A DNA stretch of 64,000 bases, from NCBI GenBank assembly GCA_031538895.1, contig JAVKLU010000020.1:108-64107 (forward strand). Reading direction: 5' to 3'. The notes below the pieces were generated by a model. It was not told the origin of the DNA. It did no database searches and was given only the letters and a program-made list of their open reading frames with translations. Shown here one piece after another: positions 29,908 through 37,374 of this stretch (position 1 is the stretch's first letter; each line of letters starts with the position of its first letter). The position numbers and the translations under genes were made by a program. Source of the DNA: Burkholderiaceae bacterium (GTDB taxonomy: Bacteria > Pseudomonadota > Gammaproteobacteria > Burkholderiales > Burkholderiaceae).

Positions 29908-30438
29908 TCACTGACTGGCACGCACCAACCGAACTTGGCCGTAGTAGCCGTAGCGGTTGCCGTCGCCGACCTTGCCGTAGCCGAAATCGACGACCCAGGC
30001 GTAGCCGCTAGTGCCCACATACGGCGAAGATGACCAGTACCAGTTGCTGGGCGTGCTTGGAAAGGCCGTGCTGTCGATGCTGGGGTTTTGGCAACCCTTG
30101 TCGGCGAGACTGGTCAGCTCTTTCACATTGGGCAGACGCCAACCAGTCGTGCTGTTTGCGGTGTTGGCACTTTTGGCCCGGACCAGCGCTTGCTCGTGTG
30201 TATAACTTGCTGCCGTGCCGGTGCAGCTGCTGCCGCTCAGGGTTTGGCCCTCGCTGCAGCGCTTCCACACCAAGCCGGTGCGCGTGTCGGTCACCTCCTC
30301 GCCGCTGATGCTGAAGCGCTCTGCGGTGGGCCAGCTGGGGCAGGCGGCATGGGCTTTTAGGGCGGTGGCGCTCAGGGTTGCCGCCACCAGGGCCATGCAC
30401 AGCATGGGGGCCGCAGCCCGTGTCATTGAGTGTTTCAT
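29908..30438 (-). CDS. secreted DUF1566-like (Lcl C-terminal/C-type-lectin-fold) protein, DGR target 2
   Basis: Strong SD (AAGGAG) before the ATG at 30438 and a signal peptide MKHSMTRAAAPMLCMALVAATLSATALKAHA. GWRLPNVKEL motif, with the C-terminus carrying VR2 (…SSPYVGTSGYAWVVDFGYGKVGDGNRYGYYGQVRLVRASQ). Confidence 0.8.
   Translation of the reverse strand: MKHSMTRAAAPMLCMALVAATLSATALKAHAACPSWPTAERFSISGEEVTDTRTGLVWKRCSEGQTLSGSSCTGTAASYTHEQALVRAKSANTANSTTGWRLPNVKELTSLADKGCQNPSIDSTAFPSTPSNWYWSSSPYVGTSGYAWVVDFGYGKVGDGNRYGYYGQVRLVRASQ
29913..30032 (-). repeat. DGR variable region VR2 (120 nt)
   Basis: Aligns to TR end to end. Differences lie at TR adenines, except one C/G site at 29971, with one extra codon. 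Confidence 0.85.
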
Positions 30439-31850
30439 GTGATCTCCTTGAAATAAAAATCGGTGATTTCCCGCCGTCGTGTGCCGTGTTTGAGCCAGCC
30501 GGTTTGCACTGCCTGTACCCGGCTGCCGTCGGGTGTTTGCAGGGGTGCAAAGCGCAGCCATTCAAAGCCCTTTTGCACCTCGCACACCGCATGCGGCCAC
30601 TGCTGGCGCAGCCAGGCCACTTGCTCGGCCAGCGTGGTGCCTTGCAACACCCAACGCGGGGCAATCTGCCCAGCGGGGTTGATGTGAAACAAGGCCCGCA
30701 GCCAGCCGTAACGCGCAAACAAGGCATGGCTCAAGCGCACGCTGTGTGCATGGGCAAAGTGCCCCCAATAGCTGGCCAGCACGTGCTGCAACTGCGCCAG
30801 CTGCTGGGCGCTGGTGTAGATGCCACCACCCCGGCAATGGCGGGCGGCCCATTGCGCCAACTTTTGCTTGCAGTGCTGCACCACGCGGCGGCGCACCAGG
30901 CGGTGGTGCGGGTAAACCACGTAGCCCAAAAAGTCCACCCCTGCTTGCAAGGGGGCCACCCGGTGTTCGTCTTTGAGCTTTAAGCGTAAACGTGTTTGTA
31001 AAAAATCTGCAATTTGACTTTGCCACAGGCGCAGCTGCGCGGGGTTGTCGGCCAGCAGCACAAAGTCGTCCACATAGCGCACATAGTGCCGCACCTTGAG
31101 GTTGTGCTTGACAAACTGGTCCAGCTCGTTCAAGTACACATTGGCAAAAAATTGGCTGGTCAGGTTGCCAATAGGTAGGCCGCAACCGGCTGGGGCGTTG
31201 CACAGCCGCTTGTGCGGGGGCACGCGCTGCGCTGCTTCGGGGTTGCGCACGGCTTCTTGCACGGGGTGGGCCAGCAGTTTGTGGCACAGGCTGCGCAGGG
31301 AGGTGTAGATCCCCGCCTTTGCATCCAATTTGGCTGTCAACAACCGGTATAGCGTAGGCCGGTGGATGGTGTTGAAAAAATTGTGCACATCCAGCTGCAA
31401 AAACCAGCCTTGTCCGCCGCAAGCGTTTTGCTGCGCCCGCATGAAGGTTTGCAGCCGGTCTACCGCCGCGTGGCTGCCTTTGCCGCGCCGGTTGGCGTAG
31501 CTGTCGTGAATAAACACCGGCTCATACAGCGCCTCTAGCTGTGGCACCAGCCAGTGGTGCACCACCCGGTCGGCAAAGTCGGGGGCGTGGATTTCGCGGG
31601 TTTTGGGCCGGTTGACCACAAAAGAAACAGTGCGGCGCGGCACCCAGGTGCCTGCGCCCAAATCGGCTTGCAATTGCTGCAAATGCTGCAACCAGCGGCT
31701 GGCAAAACGCAGCTGGTTGGCGCTGGGCTTTTTGCCGCGCCGCGCGGCCAACCACGCGGCATGGCATTGGGCCAGCGACACCCGCACCGGCACCCGGGGG
31801 CTGGCGGTACGCGGGGTCTGAACATTCACGGCTTGCAAGTGGCGCTCCAC
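30435..31850 (-). CDS. DGR reverse transcriptase
   Basis: RT motifs: PKTREIHAPDFADRVVHH, NRRGKGSHAA, FLQLDVHNFF, GLPIGNLTSQFFANVYLNELD (the DGR-typical [IL]G...SQ box), and YVRYVDDFVLL (YxDD). The ORF-track start is a GTG 1 nt from TR, so the true start may be further in. Confidence 0.9.
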   Translation of the reverse strand: MERHLQAVNVQTPRTASPRVPVRVSLAQCHAAWLAARRGKKPSANQLRFASRWLQHLQQLQADLGAGTWVPRRTVSFVVNRPKTREIHAPDFADRVVHHWLVPQLEALYEPVFIHDSYANRRGKGSHAAVDRLQTFMRAQQNACGGQGWFLQLDVHNFFNTIHRPTLYRLLTAKLDAKAGIYTSLRSLCHKLLAHPVQEAVRNPEAAQRVPPHKRLCNAPAGCGLPIGNLTSQFFANVYLNELDQFVKHNLKVRHYVRYVDDFVLLADNPAQLRLWQSQIADFLQTRLRLKLKDEHRVAPLQAGVDFLGYVVYPHHRLVRRRVVQHCKQKLAQWAARHCRGGGIYTSAQQLAQLQHVLASYWGHFAHAHSVRLSHALFARYGWLRALFHINPAGQIAPRWVLQGTTLAEQVAWLRQQWPHAVCEVQKGFEWLRFAPLQTPDGSRVQAVQTGWLKHGTRRREITDFYFKEIT

Positions 31851-31851
31851 A

Positions 31852-31968
31852 GACTGGCACGCACCAACCGAACTTGGTTGTTGTTGTTGCGGTTGTTGTT
31901 GTTGACGTTGCCGTTGTTGAAATTGACGTTCCAGGCGTTGTTGCTATTGCCCACATACGGCGAAGATG
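31852..31968 (-). repeat. DGR template repeat (TR, 117 nt)
   Basis: In the target frame it reads SSPYVG-NSNNAWNVNFNNGNVNNNNRNNNN-QVRLVRAS, with 14 AAC and 2 AAT codons. It lies in the avd-RT intergenic space and has no credible start of its own. Confidence 0.9.
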
Positions 31969-32058
31969 CTGGGCGCACCTTACCACTGCAGCCAATGCCC
32001 CAAGCCAGGGTGTACGCTGGCGAACCCGCTGCGCATCCCAAAGGGTAGCGCCGCATCG

Positions 32059-32589
32059 TCATGGTTGAACCCCATCAGCCGCCCTTGGCGCAAAGCCTGG
32101 CGCTGGTGGGGTGGCACACCCACTCAGTGAAGCGGGGTGGGCCCCAGCCGGTGGCTGGGGCTGTGACCCGGCGCCCCGGTCAGGGGCGACTTGGTTTGGG
32201 CGTTGGCGGCGGGCCAAGGCCTGCCACCAACCGCCGCACTGTTTGCCTATGCCCGCCGCCAAAGTAGCGGCTTGCTCAAAAGCCGCAAAGCTGGGGCTGG
32301 GCTGGCCCTGCTGCCCCTTGTGTGTGCGCGCAAAAGCGCCCACATCCATGGTCAGCTGCAAGCAGAGCTTGTAATCGTCTACCAGCCAGAGCAGCGCCTG
32401 CACATGCTCGCCCTGGCGGGGCTTGTCGTGCACGGCTTTGTTGACTTGCTGCATGATGCCAAAGGCCCGCTGGCGCAAGTCCGTGCCCACGGTGTATTTG
32501 TGGTAACGGGCAAAACGCATGACCATTTGCTCGGTGTGCAGCAGCAAGCGGCGGCAGTCGCGGTAAATGGGGGGCAGTGGTGTGCTCAT
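32059..32589 (-). CDS. avd: Avd-like accessory variability determinant (four-helix-bundle protein)
   Basis: Lies between VR1 and TR. The helical, basic N-terminal ~125 aa (…YRDCRRLLLHTEQMVMRFARYHKYTVGTDLRQRA…AAGIGKQCGGWWQ) resembles the bAvd / 23S-IVS four-helix-bundle family. A P/A/G-rich tail of about 50 aa follows. Confidence 0.75.
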   Translation of the reverse strand: MSTPLPPIYRDCRRLLLHTEQMVMRFARYHKYTVGTDLRQRAFGIMQQVNKAVHDKPRQGEHVQALLWLVDDYKLCLQLTMDVGAFARTHKGQQGQPSPSFAAFEQAATLAAGIGKQCGGWWQALARRQRPNQVAPDRGAGSQPQPPAGAHPASLSGCATPPAPGFAPRAADGVQP

Positions 32590-32605
32590 GATTTACAAAG
32601 CCAAA

Positions 32606-32616
32606 GCGCTTCGCGC
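32606..32616 (-). promoter_or_regulatory. short GC hairpin 3' of VR1
   Basis: GCGC-TTC-GCGC, located 5 nt beyond the stop codon of target 1. The coding strand reads GCGC-GAA-GCGC. Confidence 0.5.
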
Positions 32617-32620
32617 CCAA

Positions 32621-35600
32621 TTACTGACTGGCACGCACCAACCGAACTCGGAGGCCGTCGTAGCGGTAGTAGTAGCCGCGGCTGCTGACGTCGCCGCCGC
32701 CGAAACCGACGTCCCAGGCGTAGTAGCTATCGCCCACATACGGCGAAGATGTCCAGTAATAGCTGTAGCTTGGCGTGTTGGGGAACCAGGTGCCATCCAC
32801 CGTGGGCCCGGGGTAGGCCACGCTGTAGTCCACGATGCTTTGCAGCTCGTCAGCGGTGGGCAAGCGCCAATCGCTGTAGCCGCACAGGCCTCTTGCGTTG
32901 ACGGCATTCACATAACCGTAGGTGTTGGTGGTCGCATCCATTTGCGATTGGGAGCCGTAGTAGCTGCTGTGGTAATTGGTGTAAGTGCCGTTGGGGTCGA
33001 GTGCGGGATTGCCCCTTGTGACACCACTGCCACTGGCCGGTTTGCCCTCCCACATTAAACCCGTGATATTGTCTTTGACGCATTCAGTCAGCGCATAGCT
33101 CCCCACCCTGCTGTAGCTCAAACCCAGCTTGCCGTCGCTGTTGTCATTATTGCTCACGTCGCGGCCCACCATGCCGTCTTGCTGGCTGTTGAGGCTAACG
33201 GCCGCGCTGCTGGTGCAACTGATGAGCGTGTTGCTGCCCGCGCTATAGCATTGGCTGGCGGTGATGCCGGTGTCGGTGAGTTTGCTGGTAGTGTACGCGG
33301 TAATGGTGGCCGACACCAAGGCACTATTGCCGGTGGTGTTGTAAGTGTTGGCTTTGACCAGCGCGCCGGCAGCGTAGGTGCTGCTTGACCTGGTGCTCCA
33401 ACCCCCACTACCACTGGCCACCAATAAGGCGGTACTGTTATCTGGCCAAGTAATTTTGATATTGGCATTATTGGCGGCCGTGCCGCTAACCACCACCGTG
33501 CCATTGGCTTGGGCTGCCGCACTAGTAATGGTGGGCGGAGTGGGGGAATTTTTCGCACAGACCCCACTAGCGTTTAGGCCTTGACCTACTGCACAAACGG
33601 TAAAGGTGTAAGTCTGTGTGCCCAATAAGGTACCCGTTTTATTCGCCCCACCATAATAAGTAATGGTGGCGGCATAACTGCCCGCAGTGTTGATGGTGAT
33701 GCTAATTTTGCCCGCTACCCCCGCACTAACGTTTGCGGTTTGTTCTGTGTAGCCTGTTAATTGCCACGCCACCGAACCTACATTGCTGGGTGCACCCTCT
33801 AACCAAAAATCAACACTGCTGCCTACCGTCACCGTAGGGACGCTGGTTTTGATGGTGGCGTCAAAACCAGCCGTATACAAGTCAGTTGTTTTGGCATTAA
33901 GAATCGCCAATACCGGCTCTGCCATCAAAGTGTCCGTCATTTTTTGCGATCCCTTCAGAATCACGTCTGAACTGATGACAAAAGCTTCGTCGGCACGCGC
34001 ATTCATTTGTTGCCCAATGACATATGCATCTAAAAAACCAGTGACGACATTTAAAGTGCCTTTGGCGTATTGCATCGATACTGAATCAGGAAACATGGCC
34101 AAGGCCGAATTCACCAAATTCAGCCAAACCTGCGCCATAACCATTTTTTCGTTGCTAGCGCTAAGTGTTACGCTGCCCGTAAATACGTCGGCAATCAAAG
34201 CTGCATTGCTCATATTTCCCGCAGATGCAAGACTGCTCACACATTGCAAAGGCACCGTAATCGCGGTAGTAAAATTTTTACTGGTCAGATTGTCATTACT
34301 AATTTCTCGCACTGCCGTTTGGTATTCATTGACTCTGGACTTTACATCAGGACCACAATTGTTGATTAGACTAATGATCTGCGCTGAACGATTCAAAGCA
34401 ATAATGTACTGCACCATTTTTTGCGTATCACTGGTTTGCTGTATAACCTGTGTCCCACCATCCGCCGCGATTGCCGCTACAGGATAGGCTATTTGCAGTA
34501 CCCCCGTAACCGACTTAACCCCAGCTCCAGCAACTGCCAACCAGTCGTTTAGGGCGCCACGTCCATACAAGCCTTGTCCCGTGGCCGACCAATTAGCCTT
34601 GTATAAATCACTACTGAGATATTGATTGAGCGCCGCGAATTGTTCAGCGTAGTTATTTTTAATATAGCTAGTCCGTTCAGTGTCGGGAATACCTGCCAAC
34701 TTTCCGAGTTCACTTTTTCGCTCATTTTCACTTAAACGCTCCCAAACAATACGCTTACCCGAAATAATACTTTTCGCCTTAGCGTTATCGATCATGGCTT
34801 GAATTGTTGCCAATTGTGCGCTTGTCCAAGCGGCTTTATTTTTAACCACTAAATTTTGTGCCGCCATATTGCTAGGTAATGTCAATTCACCGACATTGGC
34901 CCCTGTAAGGACATCATTTTGCAATTGTCTAAAAAGTAAATAGCCCGCATGTAAACACGATACAGTGGTAGCACAACCGTAATTAGGGGACGCCATAAGG
35001 CCCAACTTACCATCATCCGACGAACCCCAATTACCCCGCCCTGTAGTGCTTGAGTGGTAATAACCGCCGGCACGTCCTACCGGTAATTTATTATTGGCTA
35101 TTGTTTGATTGGGACGTATCTCCGGTGTTAGCCCTAACAGCACTTCTGTAACAGTGGCATTACCCACTTTAGCTTGCTGTAGCAGACTATTGCTGCGCGC
35201 CTGCGACGTGTTATTGGCACGAAAACGTTGCCCAGCAAAGCTAATTAAATAATCTCCATCTGACACAAGATTAGATGTGTTCACGCCCAAACCAATACCC
35301 ACATACACGGGAATAGTGGGAAGATTGTTTTCTGAACGGGCAATCGCGGCAGGCAAATAACCCGCCTGCGCATAATTGCCACTTAAGCCAACATCTTGCT
35401 TAGTTTGTTCGGAAAAAGCAGTAACTGGTTTTCCCATTTCATAGCAAGACACCTCCTGACATCCCGGAATAAGTCCTCCCGCAAATTGACCGTCAGGCAA
35501 ACTAATCCCATCAATCACACCATCTGCCGACAAAATTCCGGAATGAGGACTCCCTAAGGTCATTAAGGATGCCACTTTGCCCCCTACCTCTCTATGTGCT

Positions 35601-37036
35601 GTGGCATACCGCGACAGTCCTTGCAACATAGTGCGTGTCAGCACGCCACCAAACGAGTGCGCCACAATGTGCACTTTTTTGCCAGACAACTTATAAATAT
35701 ATTCTACCGTCGTCGCTAAATCATCCGCCGCCAAACGAAAGCTTTGGTTGGTGTACCAATGGAACTCAAAGGGAACCAAATTATTGCCGTTGGGCAATGC
35801 TGTTTGCATCGCCAGCTTAGGAAAGTTGCCCCAAGTACCTTCCCCTCCGCCAATCGTAAGATTAAAACCATGAACAAATAAAATGGGCTCGTACCCATCC
35901 CATTTAAACGAACGAACATCGCCTGTGATGCTGGTCTGTACTTCATAAGCAGGGCGTAGTTCGGTAGTAATGAAGAGTTCTGTCGCATCCTTAATATCGT
36001 TAAAAGTAGATTTGATCTTGTCCAAAACACCAATCCCAGGATCGTTATAACTTGGTAGACCGAAAGTCGGATCCCAAAATCGTTCGGAAACTACATCTAA
36101 AGCCGAATCGAACGCAACTTCATCCCCCTGTAGCACCACTTGCCCTAAGCCATTGCTAATAATAGGTTTAATGCCATTGTTGGCGGTACTGTGAGATACG
36201 TAAGGGTCTTTATTCAGGCTGGGGCTAGAAAATGCTTGTACAACTCTCTGTATTGCTTGGCTTATTCTCGCCAAAATAGACTGGCTACCGACATTCGCAC
36301 TAGATAAAACGCTATAGGGGTCATAAGCCGGTTTTCCTTGAGGTAGGTTAATTTTTATATTTTTATCTAATGCACTTTTCGGCAAAGAAAACTGAATTTT
36401 TTTACCGTTATCGGTATTCGCTACGGTAGTGGCTATTTGCACGGGTGCTTCTAGATTATTTGCAGATATGCTTGCCGTTTTCCCGTCACCAAGGTCAATA
36501 GACGCCCCCTGTGCGCCAAGACTGGTTGTGCTTTGTACAGCCGGTTCTACCACCGTTAGAGTGCCTTTAATGAGTGCGTAATTTTGAGTCTGAACATTGG
36601 TTGCCCTGACCACATAGTCTTGCTTGCCTACTGTTAGTTTTTTAGCATCAATTGTGAAATAGGTTTCGCCGTCTGTGCCTTTGGCTAACTGAGACATTAC
36701 GCCACTATCAAGCGTATACGTAATATCTGCTGGCCGGACGCTAGCTGCATAGCTGGCTTTAACTTGCCCATATACCGCTTGTCCTTTCACTACAGAAGTA
36801 GCGTTATCCAAAATTTGTACACTGAGAAGACCCAAATCTTGGATGTCTACTTGCTTAGCAGCCGTGGTAGGCGTGGTAGGCGTGGTAGGCGTGGTAGGCG
36901 TGGGCGTGGGCGTGGGCGTGGGCGTGGGACACGCGGTCACTAGTCCCACCAAAACACTGGCAATCAAAAACCGCGCAAAGCGTAAAAAACTTGGCGCGCT
37001 TGGTCTGTTTATTTGCGCCCGACGGGCGCGCGTCAT
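32621..37036 (-). CDS. large surface lipoprotein with an alpha/beta-hydrolase (lipase/esterase-like) domain and a C-terminal DUF1566/CLec domain, DGR target 1
   Basis: Lipobox LVTA-C after a hydrophobic segment, then a (TP)n/(TTP)n linker. Hydrolase motifs ILFVHGF and HIVAHSFGG (G/A-x-S-x-G). C-terminal SDWRLPTADEL motif and VR1 (…SSPYVGDSYYAWDVGFGGGDVSSRGYYYRYDGLRVRLVRASQ). Confidence 0.85.
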   Translation of the reverse strand: MTRARRAQINRPSAPSFLRFARFLIASVLVGLVTACPTPTPTPTPTPTTPTTPTTPTTAAKQVDIQDLGLLSVQILDNATSVVKGQAVYGQVKASYAASVRPADITYTLDSGVMSQLAKGTDGETYFTIDAKKLTVGKQDYVVRATNVQTQNYALIKGTLTVVEPAVQSTTSLGAQGASIDLGDGKTASISANNLEAPVQIATTVANTDNGKKIQFSLPKSALDKNIKINLPQGKPAYDPYSVLSSANVGSQSILARISQAIQRVVQAFSSPSLNKDPYVSHSTANNGIKPIISNGLGQVVLQGDEVAFDSALDVVSERFWDPTFGLPSYNDPGIGVLDKIKSTFNDIKDATELFITTELRPAYEVQTSITGDVRSFKWDGYEPILFVHGFNLTIGGGEGTWGNFPKLAMQTALPNGNNLVPFEFHWYTNQSFRLAADDLATTVEYIYKLSGKKVHIVAHSFGGVLTRTMLQGLSRYATAHREVGGKVASLMTLGSPHSGILSADGVIDGISLPDGQFAGGLIPGCQEVSCYEMGKPVTAFSEQTKQDVGLSGNYAQAGYLPAAIARSENNLPTIPVYVGIGLGVNTSNLVSDGDYLISFAGQRFRANNTSQARSNSLLQQAKVGNATVTEVLLGLTPEIRPNQTIANNKLPVGRAGGYYHSSTTGRGNWGSSDDGKLGLMASPNYGCATTVSCLHAGYLLFRQLQNDVLTGANVGELTLPSNMAAQNLVVKNKAAWTSAQLATIQAMIDNAKAKSIISGKRIVWERLSENERKSELGKLAGIPDTERTSYIKNNYAEQFAALNQYLSSDLYKANWSATGQGLYGRGALNDWLAVAGAGVKSVTGVLQIAYPVAAIAADGGTQVIQQTSDTQKMVQYIIALNRSAQIISLINNCGPDVKSRVNEYQTAVREISNDNLTSKNFTTAITVPLQCVSSLASAGNMSNAALIADVFTGSVTLSASNEKMVMAQVWLNLVNSALAMFPDSVSMQYAKGTLNVVTGFLDAYVIGQQMNARADEAFVISSDVILKGSQKMTDTLMAEPVLAILNAKTTDLYTAGFDATIKTSVPTVTVGSSVDFWLEGAPSNVGSVAWQLTGYTEQTANVSAGVAGKISITINTAGSYAATITYYGGANKTGTLLGTQTYTFTVCAVGQGLNASGVCAKNSPTPPTITSAAAQANGTVVVSGTAANNANIKITWPDNSTALLVASGSGGWSTRSSSTYAAGALVKANTYNTTGNSALVSATITAYTTSKLTDTGITASQCYSAGSNTLISCTSSAAVSLNSQQDGMVGRDVSNNDNSDGKLGLSYSRVGSYALTECVKDNITGLMWEGKPASGSGVTRGNPALDPNGTYTNYHSSYYGSQSQMDATTNTYGYVNAVNARGLCGYSDWRLPTADELQSIVDYSVAYPGPTVDGTWFPNTPSYSYYWTSSPYVGDSYYAWDVGFGGGDVSSRGYYYRYDGLRVRLVRASQ
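32626..32751 (-). repeat. DGR variable region VR1 (126 nt)
   Basis: Aligns to TR with invariant ends. All substitutions I can see are at TR adenines. It is three codons longer than TR. Confidence 0.85.
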
Positions 37037-37043
37037 TAGGGGA

Positions 37044-37136
<93 letters not shown>

Positions 37137-37231
37137 GTTGGGCATCCTACTTACAATTAAAGTACGCCCATTGTACAGATACCGCAAAAATTATCGTCCT
37201 TGGCGATAAACTTCCCCGTTTGTTTGATTTA

Positions 37232-37374
37232 GGGCACTTCTATCAATTCATTTTTGCGGCGAATTGCTTTTTTGCACAGTACGCGAAATCCTCACCTACT
37301 GTATGTACGCTCCGGTTTCTGTGTGCTGTGCGCCTCGCACTTCATCCGCACATTCTGTATTTATAGAAGTGCCC
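37232..37374 (-). mobile_element. 143-bp MITE-like element, copy A (inverted relative to B and C)
   Basis: Terminal inverted repeats GGGCACTTCTAT.AAT / ATT.ATAGAAGTGCCC, flanked by a direct TTTA/TTTA. About 95% identical to the copies at 52206 and 59249. Confidence 0.75.

Noticed and set aside
31826-32062. 78-aa ORF encoding an Asn-rich peptide (…NSNNAWNVNFNNGNVNNNNRNNNN…).
   Set aside because: This is the DGR template repeat read in the target frame. It overlaps the avd stop, has no SD, and its N-terminal part has no similarity to the targets. I treat it as non-coding TR RNA.
30008-33083. Many long overlapping ORFs on both strands, e.g. 30008-30727, 30378-30983, 30562-31422, 31522-31995, 31554-32048, 32191-32688 and 32567-33058.
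   Set aside because: These are typical stop-poor alternative frames of GC-rich DNA. Their products are Arg/Ala/Pro/Gly-rich and low in complexity. They fully overlap the well-supported RT, avd and target genes.
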